The notes under the pieces: model-generated | What the model was told of the DNA's origin: nothing | Seen by the model: only the letters and a program-made list of their open reading frames with translations | The model's database searches: none | Part shown: positions 1 through 13,429 of the stretch, piece after piece | Numbering within the stretch: position 1 is the first letter of the stretch | Layout of the letters: each line of letters opens with the position of its first letter | From: Octopus vulgaris | Taxonomy: Eukaryota | Assembly (NCBI GenBank): GCA_951406725.2 | Contig: OX597830.1 | Span: forward strand, 75,392,001 to 75,456,000 | Length of the DNA: 64,000 bases | Direction: 5' to 3' | Made by a program: the position numbers and the translations under genes

Positions 1-769
1 ACTACATAGATCATGCTTTTGTCTATGCGTGCGCGCGTGTTCTTGATTGTGCGTAGGTGACCGAGAGAGCCGCTGTCAATGAACTCAAATGTCTGATGAA
101 AATTTACATACACATACACGCGCACACATACATTTTAGGTTGCGCACAGTTTGGCCTAAACAATATGTCTCCATAAGTAATTATGTAAATTTATGTCTCA
201 TGCCGTGTACTCAATCTCGCACTCGAAATAGGGTCACTGAAACGGCTAGAAATAGCAACGTAAAAGAGTAAGAACTTGAATAATGCACCTCTGATTATAA
301 TTTATACAAAATAGGATATTCAACTTAAAGTCTTAGCCTAGTTTTCATAACAGTGCAGGCGCTGACAACGTTAATTCATCACAGTATTTACTTTGCAGCA
401 TTTCTTGCTAATCTATCATGTAAAATAAATTGGTTTTTAATAAACTTAGGACGTTAGACTCGTTTTAAAATGGAACAACATGGCTACATTTCCAGAGTTT
501 TTACGTCCCCATGGGTCAAAATTTGAAATTTATGTATTTAACCTGGATTGTAAGATTTCTTAAAGACAAAAATGTCCACCTTGCCTTCATGGAAATATGA
601 GTATCGTGGAAACCCTTACATTATGCCGACGTTGAAGCCCCAGCCTAAAGTGAGATATAATTGCTACCCACTAATTTAACTGCCCGGTAGATCTCACAGG
701 AGGCATTGGTCTGTATGTTATTACCAAAAGTAGAAAAATTATCGAAATTTAATACAACTTCGAAGGTCG

Positions 770-985
770 AAGGCAGTGACCTGGCATAACTGTTTGCAAG
801 TTGGGCAAAATGCTTGGCAGCATTTCGTTTTTTTTTACATTCTGAGTTCAAATTCCACCATGGTCGACTTTCCCAATCATCCATTCGGGATTGATGAAAT
901 AAGCCCAGTTCAGTACTGGGGTCGATTTAATCGACTTCACCCACCCCAGAACTTGCTGGCGTTGCGCCAAGATATGAAACCGTTA
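770..985 (+). mobile_element. Diverged family-A SINE
   Basis: TTCTGAGTTCAAATTCCACCATGGTCGACTTT...CTGGGGTCGATTTAATCGACTT. Confidence 0.75.
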
Positions 986-1059
986 TCTAGACGCTCGATG
1001 ACGTTAAAAAGTTATTTCACGTACTCCAAAGTAACATAAAATATGTCTTACTTTATAAC

Positions 1060-1336
1060 ATTTTCTTGTTACAGCCACTGGACTGCGACCATGCTTGAGC
1101 ACCATCTTGAAGAATTTAGTCGAATCAATCAATCGTGTTATTTTTATTTTTAATATTGTAGGTATTCTACCGATTTCTACCGAGGATCTAACCAAAGGAA
1201 CACTGCTTCTCAAGAGAAGGGGGAACAGACTTAAACTCAAAGACGCACACACGTATGCATATATGTACCCACACAAACACATACATGTACACGTAGAAAC
1301 ACAAGCATACGCTCACACACAGATACACACATATAT

Positions 1337-1379
<43 letters not shown>

Positions 1380-1392
1380 GAAAGAGAGAAAG

Positions 1393-1470
<78 letters not shown>

Positions 1471-1530
1471 GTAGGTAGGTAGACATGTCCATGCTGTTTG
1501 AAAGCAAGTTTCTTACCACACAGCACGCCT
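1060..1530 (-). mobile_element. Diverged SINE family B, overgrown by (TA)n/(GATA)n
   Basis: GGACTGCGACCATGCTTGAGCACC at the left end and AAGCAAGTTTCTTACCACACAGC at the right end. Confidence 0.65.
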
Positions 1531-1536
1531 GGATGC

Positions 1537-1643
<107 letters not shown>

Positions 1644-1888
1644 AATTTATAAATAAGGATAAGATCGATATTTAAATATCAATATTATCAAGTGGCCAAC
1701 ATGGGAATAAAAACCTTCAAATATAATAATTATTTAAAATTATAAATTAGGGTATCTGAGAGATATCACCACGATGAAATAGCAGTCAAAACCTGACCCT
1801 AAAACCACATTAAATGTTCATATAGCACTAGGAGAGTAGACAGAGAGACAAAATAAACTATAAAAAATTTTCCTGGATATATATATAT

Positions 1889-2260
<372 letters not shown>

Positions 2261-2319
2261 CGTATATATTGTCACATAACATTTATATATACGTTATGGG
2301 AACGGTAATATTTTGAATA

Positions 2320-2551
2320 AGGCGGCGAGCTGGCAGAAACGTTAGCACGCCGGGCGAAATGCTTAGCGATATTTCGTCTGCCGCTACGTTCTGAGTTCAA
2401 ATTCCGCCGTGGTCGACTTTGCCTTTCATCCTTTCGGGGTCGATAAATTAAGGACAAGTTACGCACTGGGGTCGATGTAATCAACTCAATCCGTTTGTCT
2501 GTCCTTGTTCGTCCCCTCTGCGTTTAGCCTCTTGTGTGTAGTAAAGAAGTA
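2320..2551 (+). mobile_element. SINE family A, full length, Tx1-like tail
   Basis: Head GGCGGCGAGCTGGCAGAAACG with B-box-like GAGTTCAAATTCC. 16-bp TSD GGTAA(T/C)ATTTTGAATA at 2304-2319 and 2552-2567. Confidence 0.9.
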
Positions 2552-2621
2552 GGTAACATTTTGAATACAAATGTTTGATATTTCATTCCATATGTACATT
2601 TGTGTGTGTTTGTGTGTGTGG

Positions 2622-2664
<43 letters not shown>

Positions 2665-3940
2665 AGTGAGAAAGCGATAAAGTTGTTTAAATACTATTAT
2701 CGATAAAAGTTTGCAGTTTTGATTAAACTACCAATGTCTTCGGAAAGATGCCTTAAATGCTGTCGCCTGCTTCAGCATCAGTGACTATCATGGACTATCA
2801 CTCCGCGTGACCGACAGGGACACACATTGCGTCTTTTTATATGTAAGATGCACATACAAAGCATAATTTGCATATGGTCAATATTCAAAAACTTATCCAG
2901 GTTGAGGGGTAGAACAGAGGTTGAGCGTTCATGCTTGAAACTTCGAGGTTTGAATTGTTTCTTGTGCATCAAAGGGGAGATGTTTCGACCTTAATATCTA
3001 AAATGTTTATTGTTACAATATTTAAATCTTCCCTAATATAGAGGTCGCATTTGTTCCCTACCATTGTATTTGCTGGTGTTAGCTATGCTGTTCCAGTTTA
3101 TATGGGGTGTATTCTCGTTCCTCTCTGTAAGTGTTCATACCTTCTTTGATAAAAATGTTTTTATTTTTTGTCTCTAAACGAAACCAAGTGCTGCGTATAT
3201 CTCTCCTTGAAGGTGAGTTTCCACCTACTCGATACACTCACAAGCTCCTATGGGGTTATAGTAGAAGTCTCTTACCCAATGTTCCTTGCAGTGGAACTGA
3301 ACTCGAAACGTCGAAGCTACAAAGCAATCTTTTTAATCACACAACCATCAGTACACATTGGGGTAACATTTACAGGTCTCGACATAATATGAAAATTTAA
3401 ACCCTCAGAGAATCTGAAATGAAATCATTTCTACGTAGTGACTGAATATGTATCCTTATGTATTCTTCCACCTTGAGAGTAACCATAATTCTTGAAGGGT
3501 CCTTGAACTTTCAGGTGCATGCTCCGTGTCATTTAGAATGCATCCTGAAAAGAATATTCTATGGCTTGTACCTAAAGTATTAGATTCCATGAGGGAAAGA
3601 AACGATATCTTCGATTGGAAATGTAAGAGTAGGCCTAGAGTTAGTTACTTTGGATTCATTGAAATAATCGTATATGTAATCCAATCATGCTGGTGCTGTT
3701 CTGCGTCGGCAAGAATTATATATATGTACTGAAATCGATAAAAAGAGTACAGGGGAACTTGTGGTGATGTGTTGAAATCCAACATTTCTGACACAATATT
3801 CTTCAGGGTGAAAGTCGAAAGGTGAATATTTGATGAGAGAGAGAGAGAGCAAAGCTTTACACCGTCTCAGTTCCACCCAGTGTTTTTTCACTTAGATGTA
3901 AAACGCTCCTGTCATGAAATTCTCTTTCTTTCAAATTTTC

Positions 3941-3971
3941 CTCTGATGAAGGACTGTCTCCGAAACGTTAG
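3941..3971 (+). ncRNA. Minimal type I hammerhead-ribozyme-like motif (Penelope-like-element type)
   Basis: CT-CTGATGA-A-GGA(ctgtc)TCC-GAAA-CGTT-AG: both core boxes, a 3-bp stem II and a palindromic ACGT stem III. Stem I is only 2 bp. Confidence 0.6.
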
Positions 3972-4494
3972 ATTTTCCACTCCACATCGTAAGTTCACTG
4001 TACACCTTCAATCGATTTACCGAACTAATTGCAGTCGCATTGGTTAGTTGACAGTAGACATTGGAAGCAAAACAAACAAAAAAATACAAATTATAACAAT
4101 TATTTCGTAACTATCACGTGACATCGAGCAAAAGAGAGCAAAACCAGTTGTGACGATGACGATGGGAATGATGATGATAAAAAAGAGGAGAAGCAGGAGC
4201 AGGAAGGGGGAGAAGTGGAGGAGGAGAAGGTATGCTGCTGCTACCAATGATGACAATACTGATGATGGTTACTATGATATATGTTTGCATATATGTCTAT
4301 AAGCATGCGTGCGCGCATGCATGCAGTTACGTATGTATGTACGTGTTTGTGTGTATTTGTGTGTGTATGTGTGTGTATGTCTTCTCATGTATGTCAACAT
4401 ATTAACACTTAGTATTTGTACTTCGAGCTCATTATTCTAAGTGGCCTCAACATGGTAGCTCCTCCAAAAAAAAAAAACTACTAAGCATGCGTGC

Positions 4495-4526
<32 letters not shown>

Positions 4527-4772
4527 ATCTATGTATCTATGTATCTGTCTATTCATACATGGTAGAGTACGTGCGCTTGTGTTGTGCATGCGTGTAAATC
4601 ATGTTTGTTCTCTTGAATGTATTCCTGTATTGAGAAAGGGACAATGATGTAACGTCGCTGGTAGGAGTTTTGGTTCAAGGCGACTGATTGTGTCACGTTC
4701 AAGATTGATCTCAGAGCCATAGAGAAATTGGCAATACCTTTTCCACACTACTTCCGTTTAAGACCATTTTTA

Positions 4773-4843
<71 letters not shown>

Positions 4844-5067
4844 GGCTGCTGCTGCTACATCTGCTACTATTGCTGCTGCTTCTGCAGCTACTATTACTAC
4901 TAATACGCCTACTGCTGCTGCTACTACTACTACTATTGCGGCTGCTGCTGCTACCTATTTTTCTTTTTCTGACACATTTTTTGGTTTTCTTTTGTGAAAT
5001 TATGTTTTTCTCCAAAGTTGCTGAGGCTTCACAATTAACATTCTTCTTGTCCTTATCATGAATATTC

Positions 5068-5128
<61 letters not shown>

Positions 5129-5625
5129 TATCATCATCATCATCTTCTTCTTCTTCTTCTTCTTCTTCTTCTTCTTCTTCTTCTTCTTCTTCTTCTTCTT
5201 CTTCTGCTTCTTCGTCATCATTTTTTCTTCTTCCTCTTCTGCTCATACGTAAAGAAGCGATCACGATTATTTACAGGTATATATGTATGTATGTATGTAT
5301 GTATGTAAGCATGCATGTATGTATGTACTTATGTATGTATGTATGTATGGATGGATGAATGGATGGATGGATGGATGGATGGATGGATGTATATATGTAT
5401 GTATGTTTGAATTTAATTGTTAATATTGGCTGCCATTTCAAGTACACACTGTTACCACATAGCTGCTAATTGAGATAAAGAACCCGAAAGCCAAATCTTT
5501 CCCCTTCTGGGGAAAGGAGCCGTTTACGCGTGATTTCGATGTCACATTCATTGGAAGCATACGAAATAACCTCGGAAAGAAAACACGAAACAAACTCCGT
5601 AGCTAGGATATTCAAACTTTCCAGG

Positions 5626-5652
5626 TGACCCAACGGGTCAGGGGTAGTCTAG
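5626..5652 (+). mobile_element. Helitron 3' terminus
   Basis: Hairpin TGACCC-AAC-GGGTCA followed 8 nt later by CTAG|T. The 5' end was not located. Confidence 0.6.
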
Positions 5653-5660
5653 TGTGTGTG

Positions 5661-5745
<85 letters not shown>

Positions 5746-5983
5746 GTATAGAGAGAGAGGGAGACTGACAGACTTACAGTGACAAAGAGACAGATATAAG
5801 GGGCTATGCTAATATAATAAATCAACTACATAAAGTTCAGTGTCAGTCACTGACATGTGGATATATGTACGTATATATGTATGTGTTTGTGTGAATGTGT
5901 GTGTGCATGAGTGCGGGTGTGTATATGAATGTGTGTGTGTGTATTTGCACGAGTGTGTATGTCTATGTGTGTTTGTGTGTCTA

Positions 5984-6360
5984 GGCGCAGACCTGGCTTT
6001 GTGGTAAGAATTTTGCTGTCAAGCACATGGTTCCGAGTTCAGTCCCACTGCTTGGCACCATGGGTGAGAGTCTTCTACCATAGTCTTAGGCGACCAAAGT
6101 ACTGTCGGTGGATTTCGCAGAGAGAAACTGTAAGATACTTGTCGTATACATATGGGTGGGTGGGTGAACGCATGCGTGCATGACTGTGTTCGCTTTTGTT
6201 TGTGTCTGTCTTCTACAAATGCTTCAGAACTTGTATTGATGTGTTTACGTGCTCGTAACTTAGCGGATCGAGAAAAAGAGCCCGATAAAATACGTACCAG
6301 GCTTAAAATATGTAAATACTAGTGTCGATTTGTTCCATTGAAATTCTTCAAGGCGGTACC
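5984..6360 (+). mobile_element. Diverged SINE family B
   Basis: GGCGCAGACCTGGCTTTGTGGTAAG...CACATGGTTCCGAGTTCAGTCCCACTG...GTAACTTAGCGG. Confidence 0.78.
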
Positions 6361-6725
6361 ACATCAGTTCGAAGAGGCTGCTTGCAAGCGAAATTTCATG
6401 TTTTGAATTGGGCTTCGGAATGTGTAGATGTGTTGGTAGTACCGCAGTTTACAGGGTTTTGCCTGTGATAGTAGCGTAGCTTAAATGGTTTTGATATTAA
6501 GACAAAATTGTGGACTATTTAGTGCGAGGTCTTTGGAAACTACAAAGTCGTAGCATTTGCAGCTGATATGATTGGTTAATTGAAATTAGTATGTTTAGTG
6601 GAAGCTAAAGATCGTGAGAGTTTATTTTGCGAGAATTTAAAATGGTCATCAGACGGAAATATTAGCTATTTATATAAAATAATTACTATTGTGTGAAATG
6701 CTTCTTTATTATTTTGAAGATAGTA

Positions 6726-6878
6726 GCTACTGAATTCTACAAAATCTACAGCATCAAAGTCATGGGACCTTATAGGATTGATCCCTACTATATCTAGCCG
6801 GTAGTTATTGGCCTCCTCCTCTAGTTTCTGCTCTTTACTCGTAAGGGCTATGACATTCCAATTCCCAAATCTTAACGG
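6726..6878 (-). mobile_element. RTE-clade LINE fragment, N-terminus of the AP-like endonuclease
   Basis: Minus-strand translation PLRFGNWNVIALTSKEQKLEEEANNYRLDIVGIN resembles the RTE endonuclease start (GTWNV..L.GKE.EL..E...Y.LDIVG). Confidence 0.72.
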
Positions 6879-7115
6879 TTGTTACTTCCTGGACCCATTT
6901 CGGGGTTCCAAGACATGCATCCTTTGTGTTCCAACCCCACGCTTCTTAGATTATGTGGCAGATTATGTGGCAGGCTTACTGCAGGCTGACCGGCATTGTT
7001 TAGAAACTGCAATAGACTTTTCAAAGAAACACATTCTATCTAACATCCGAACACATCTCTAGTCAACCAGCGCGACGGATGATGCCCCTTTCATATTGCA
7101 GTCTTTAGTGATCTT

Positions 7116-7396
7116 GGTGGAGGCGCAATGGCCCAGTGGTTAGGGCAGCGGACTCGCGGTCATAGGATCGCTGTTTCGATTCCCAGACCGGGCGTTGTGA
7201 GTGTTTATTGAGCGAAAACACCTAAAAGCTCCACGAGGCTCCGGCGGAGAGAGGGTGGTGATCCCTGCTGTACTCTTTCACCACAACTTTCTCTCACTCT
7301 TACTTCCTTACACGTTAATTTCACGAGCAGACTGTTCCGTTGATTCGGATCAACCGGAACCCTCATCGTCGTAACCGACGGAGTGCTTCCTCCTTC
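7116..7396 (+). mobile_element. SINE family C (tail type 1, internally deleted)
   Basis: A box TGGCCCAGTGG, B-box-like GTTTCGATTCC; 13-bp TSD CTTTAGTGATCTT at 7103-7115 and 7397-7409. Confidence 0.9.
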
Positions 7397-8550
7397 CTTT
7401 AGTGATCTTATTCACATCAGGCAGTAACTAGGGGTTTATATTTTACAAGTGAAATGTGGGCTGAGCTGAGGATGTATTAACCTGAACGCCCCAATATCCA
7501 TTGTTCGTAATTGATAACAAATATTGGAAGTGAGGTCCTATTTGCACTTCTGTAATTCTAAATATTGCTATCGTCGCGTAATCACCAAACATAATTGTGT
7601 CACCGGATTTTACTGCAGATTTATTTACAAAAATTTACCAAGTTCCTAGATGGCCTTGTGGTCAAAGGTGTCTATAAGCAATGCCATATATGTATAAAAG
7701 TAGAAATTTCAATCTCTTTCAAGCAATTATAATAGGGACTTGTTAAATATCTAAATGAAAGTTCCCCAGCGTAGCTACAACCATTGAGTTGAACCTCATC
7801 ACAGAAGTATTTTTTTCATATTATATCTATAAAGAAATTTATGATATTATATATCCTACATCCCCGGGAACTAGAATATAAAGCTAGATTGATTAGCTAA
7901 TTATTGAAATTGTGATTAGATACGCTTGAGATTTGAAACTGTACTAATTTTACAAACTACTCACCTGATAAAAAAAAAAAAACTTAATACACTTTATTGT
8001 GTATTTTACCTTTTATTAGTAAGTCTTGTTCTTACGAATAGGCTCAGAGGTGAAACAGTAGTATGAACATATGCACATATACACACATCCATACACACAC
8101 ACACACATTTATATGCATCTATATATACATACGTACATACACTAAATATAAAGTGTAGTCAAAGATACTTAGACGTAAAGATACACAAGCCTAGAGCCAC
8201 GCACACGCGCACACAGACACACAGACGTATACACACACACACACACACATGCACACCCATACTGGCACACAAACTCACACACACAAACACACACAACCCT
8301 GCGAACAAGTTCGCATACAAACTCACGCACTCATATACGCATAGACACAAACACTCTCCATTCACCACATACATATATCCACCATTACCTCCACCCCCAC
8401 CCCCACCAACACCACCACCACACCCCACTCCCACCCTCCCAATATCAATCAAATCAAAAGAAATGATCAAATATGGCGACTCAGTGAAAAAAATGATAAT
8501 TTTCCGCTTGAATTCCGAATTATTGATCATTACACTGTTAACTACTACTA

Positions 8551-8587
<37 letters not shown>

Positions 8588-9367
8588 CACTGCTAGTATT
8601 GTTACTGATGTTCGTGATGCTGACACTGCTGTTGTTACCACTAGTGCTAGTGGTACTGCTGCCAGAACAACTATTACTACAGATGCTAGTGATTGTGGTG
8701 GTGGTGGTGGTGGTAGTGGTGCTAGTACTGCTGCTAATACTACCACGGCTGCTTCTTCTACAACTAGTACTACTATTAAATATACTGTAGTAATACAAAT
8801 AATATAACAATTATTGATATTTGATGGCCTCTGATATATTGAAAGTTTGAAAATAAAAAGGAACAAGGCTAGATCCCCGATTCGACAAGAAAAATTTCTA
8901 CATCGTTCTTCAATCAAAAAAAAAGAAAAGAAAAAATAGCGGCTATATCTCATTCAAATCACACCGCTTCGGCCAATAAGGCACACTTTTCTTTATATAC
9001 ATATACATAATTATGTGTGCGTGTGTGCGTGTGTATTACACACTTACACACACATATGCATATATGTATGTATGTTTATGTTAAAAAATCATTCTGTGCC
9101 TTAAATGATTTGTTGGGCCCCACCGTAAGGTGGTTTCCTACTTCATACTCACTTATTCCTAAACATGCAATACTGAAATAAGAAAGCGTCAAAATAAGCC
9201 CATTTTTGCCATCAAATACGGTAAGTCATTTTGCATAATGTAGACTCGGGTATGATCTACCCAGTTGTAACACCATTCCCCATAGGACATTTGCGCTGCT
9301 GTTTCTATTTCTCACGAATATTAACAACTAGTAGAAAACCGTCCATAGAAGGGTATTTATGCTCGTA

Positions 9368-9965
9368 ATAATCCTTTCTACTATAGATGCAAGGCCTGAA
9401 ACATTGAAAGAGGTGGGTAAATCGATTACATCGAGCACAGCGCTCTGCTGGTATTTATTTTATCGACCACGAAAGGATGAAAGGCAAAGTCGATGTCAGT
9501 AGAATTTGAACTCAGAACGTAAAGACAGACGAAATACCTATTTCTTTACTACCCACAAGGGGCTAATCACACAGAGAGGACACACAAGGACAGACAAACG
9601 GATTAAGTCGATTATATCGACCCCAGTGCGTAACTGGTACTCTATGTATCGACCCCGAAAGGATGAAAGGCGAAGTCGACCACGGCGGAATTTGAAATCA
9701 GAACGTAACGGCAGAGGAAATACCGCTAAGCACTTCGCCCAGCGTGCTAACGATTCTGCCAATGCACCGACTTTCTGCTCGTAATAATAATAATCTTTTC
9801 TACTCTAGGCACAGTATCTGAATATTAATGGGCGAGGGGCTCTCAGATAAAATCGATCCCAGTGCTCAACTAGTACTTATTTTATCGACCGCTAAAGAAT
9901 GAAAAGCAAATTCGACCCCTGCTACATTTGGACTCAAAACACTAGTATGAACGAAATGCCGCAAG
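9368..9965 (-). mobile_element. Cluster of three family-A SINE copies (tandem or nested)
   Basis: Three repeats of TATCGACC..AAAG.ATGAAA.GC.AA.TCGA. The middle copy (about 9540-9775) has the Tx1-like tail; the outer copies have the alternative ...TAGAAA(G)GATTATT tail. Confidence 0.82.
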
Positions 9966-10452
9966 GCCTGCAAACATAAATGCTGACCTTGAGCCAAATA
10001 TTTGAAATCAACATAGATAGAACAACAGCAATTTTAAAATTCACTACATTATTTCATCAAATTAGCGCCCGAATTTTTTTTTAAAATCCGAAGTAACCTC
10101 ATAGGGATTGAAATCACAATGCAAAGAGCCAGAAGAAAGATCGGGACAGATTTTATCCGAAACTCAAGCAATTCTAACAATTCAACCTTTTTTGACAAAT
10201 CGATTCGCAATCTACATAATCAATGCAATAAGATTGCCACTGCTCAGCTGTTCATTTTCCCTAATTGCGGGCGTCGATCATCACTTAATCTACGGGAATC
10301 TTATTGTTTAATAAATAACTATTACTAATATAGACATAAGGTCAGTGATTTTGAAAGGAGAGGTTTTGTCAATATCATCGAATGCAGTACTTGAGCAATA
10401 TTTTCTTTTATCTACCCTGAAATGATGGGAAACAAATTCAACCACAGCGGGA

Positions 10453-10570
10453 GTGGAGGCGCAATGGCCCAGTTGTTAGGGCAGGGGACTCGCAGTCGTA
10501 AGAACGCGGTTTCGATTTTCAGACCGGGCATTGTGAGTGTTTATTGAGCAAGAGCACCTAAGCTCCACAA
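10453..10570 (+). mobile_element. Truncated SINE family C head
   Basis: GTGGAGGCGCAATGGCCCAGTTGTTAGGGCAG...CACCTAAGCTCCAC. Confidence 0.8.
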
Positions 10571-10658
10571 TAATTTATTTTACCGATCCCAGAATGATAC
10601 AAAGGCAACAATCACTATCAACAAGATTTTAACTCAGAACATAAAAGAATCTACCGAA

Positions 10659-11080
10659 GGCGGAGGAGTAGCTGTGTTGTAAGTAGCTTGCTTACCAACC
10701 ACATGGTTCCGGGTTCAGTCCCACTGCGTAGCACCTTGGGCAAGTGTCTTCTGCTATAGCCTCGGACCAACCAAAGCCTTGTGAGTGGATTTGGTAGACG
10801 GAAGCTGAAAGAAGCCCGTCGTATATATATATATATATATATATGCGTGTGTGTGTGTGTGTGTGTGTCTGTGTTTGTTCTCCACCATCGCTTGACAACC
10901 GATGCTGGCGTGTTTACGTCCCCGTAACTTAGCGGTTCGGCAAAAGAGACCGATAGAACAAGTACTAGGCTTACAAAGAATAAGTAATGGGGGGCGATTT
11001 GCTCGACTGAAGGCGGTGCTCCAGCTTGTCCACAGTCAAATGACTGAAACAAGTAAAAGAGTAAAAAGAGAGTAAAGAGT
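10659..11080 (+). mobile_element. SINE family B with internal (TA)n(TG)n tract
   Basis: A/B-box-like head (TAGCTGTGTTG / GGGTTCAGTCCC), conserved body GAAAGAAGCCCGTCG-[microsatellite]-GCTTGACAACCGATG, tail GACTGAAACAAGTAAAAGAG. Confidence 0.9.
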
Positions 11081-13390
11081 AAGTCCTGAATTTATTACTC
11101 GCAGAGAGACTTTCTTTCCGAACCTGTGACTCACAAGAGCAGTTACCCAATTCCCAAAGCGTAGAAGTGAATGAGATTACAAAATACCCTTGAACTGACA
11201 CCAATACGTTGCAGGACTCAAAGCTAGTAAATATGAGGACAGGGCACACGCCGATTACATAGTCCCTAGTATTTCACTTGTACTGCATTCTATTGAACTT
11301 AAAGGAAAGAAAAGAAAATTTGATTTCCGAGGGACGAAGACTTAAAACATAAAGATCGGGAAGACCGTTAAGTATTTTGTCCTACGTTGTCACAAATCTC
11401 CCAGCTTGCACTCTTCTAGCATAGATCCCAGGCCTGACATTTCTGGAGAGGTTAGTTTATGTCAGTAATTGACTGGTAGTTTAGATTACCGACTTCAAAT
11501 GGATGAAAAGCGATGTTAACCTTGGCACAATTTGAACTCAAAACCTAAAGAACCGTTAAAAATATCGCAACGTAATTTCATCGTCATTCTACTGATTCTA
11601 TTTGTTAGCGTATGGCATATTGTTAGAAAACAAACAAAAAATACAAGAGGGGTGTTAACACTAAAAAGAGTAATATTATTATTATTATTATTTTTATTTA
11701 TTTATTTTTTTATTTTTATTTTTATTTTTTTTTTTGCTGTACAAAAGTGTGCTGAAGTGCTAAGGAAGTACACTGGATATGCTATGTTTCCCCTCTCGTT
11801 TTTAGACTTTGAACTAAAGAGAGAAATATGTTTTACGTGAATTTCATCCAATTTTTATCCTAGTCCCTTTATTTCCAATCCACTCTTTTCGTCTTTCTTG
11901 TTATTATTTTCTCTTGGCTGCTCGGCGACATTTGTGTAAATTTGTGATTTTAAAAAATAATTTCCTAACAAGATCATTCGCTAAAAGATTTCGATCCCTT
12001 TTTAAGATTGGGAAAAATGAAATGAGTGATCCTTTCTGTTCTCAGAGTGTTCTATAGCAAAACACAACAAAACCCCAAACGATTTAACAAACAAAACTCA
12101 GGTCTTTTTATACTCGTGGATCTCTGTAAAATACCTTATTGAAAGAAATGATCACAGTGATGTAAGAGGGTTTTCAGCAACTTCCTTACATCCACGGTTT
12201 TAGTGAGGAGTTAACGTGCACGGTTTTCAAAGCTTCACCGCAATTTCAGCGGCAAACATCAATGAAAAGCATGTTCATCAGACAAATCGGATTAACTAAG
12301 AATACAATCAAATATCGAGCAATAACAAATACCAAAGGGAAGATGAAATATCGCGGTGGTAATAGAAAGGGAAGTAACTGCCACAAAAAATGATAAGTCA
12401 ATAAGACAGTTTAGTATCGTAAATATTGTTTTTAAGTGGACTAATTATTCTGAGGAAAATTGAGATTATTTCTCAACTAGTTTATTAAGTGAAATATTTT
12501 TTGAAATACTGTCAATGGTATAGTAGACATAATCAAAGAAACGGTATTTGTATTAATTTTAATGTTGATTTTATCACACACTATTTATTCAACTTCACTT
12601 AAGATTACTATTATGCCTGGCAAAGTTATTAAGAATAATGGCAACTAGTGAATTGGAAAGTATTTAACATTTCTCCAATAGAAGGAATATTAATTAAAGA
12701 ATTTACGGACATTTTATACCTATCATTAATCCATGTGTAATTGTAATTTGGTGCCGAAAATGTTTAGCAAAAAAGAGAAATAGGAACGGAAATAATTCGG
12801 AAATATTAGTTAATCAAGGCAAAACTACATGAGGTGTGTGACTCTCACCATGGTCTGATAAGATAAATTGCAACAGAAACAAATGAGTTAAGAAGAAATT
12901 GACCAGAACCGAATACCTTAGATTTATACTTTATCTTATACATGTTTCAGCAATTAGACTTCGGTGATACGGGGACACCACCTTGAAAGATTTGCTGGAA
13001 CAAAATGCTCCTTTTACATACATTATTTCACAGTCTGATACATATTCTCTCTGTCCGGTTTTCCGAATCGCTAATTTACAGTACGTAAACGAACCAAAAC
13101 TAGTTGTCAAGCGGTTGGGTAACAACACAAGCGCAAACTGGGATGCGCGCACACACACACATACATAAACACACTTACACAAACACACACACACACACAA
13201 ACACATACTATATACGACGGTCTCCGACACAATTTCTGTGAGCTTTTGCTTTATCAGCACAGAGCCATGCTTGTCCATCCGAAATTGCAAAGATAATCTG
13301 GAACTCGACTGAGGAAAGAAAACTCCCAATGACCCGTCCTTGTTTTCTTTGTTTTTTTTTATATATAAAATATAGCGGCGTAAGTACACT

Positions 13391-13429
<39 letters not shown>

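Noticed and set aside
12157-12195. Hairpin GTGATGTAAG...CTTACATCCAC as a pre-miRNA
   Set aside because: Only about 40 nt, too short for a canonical precursor, and no match to miRNAs I recognise.
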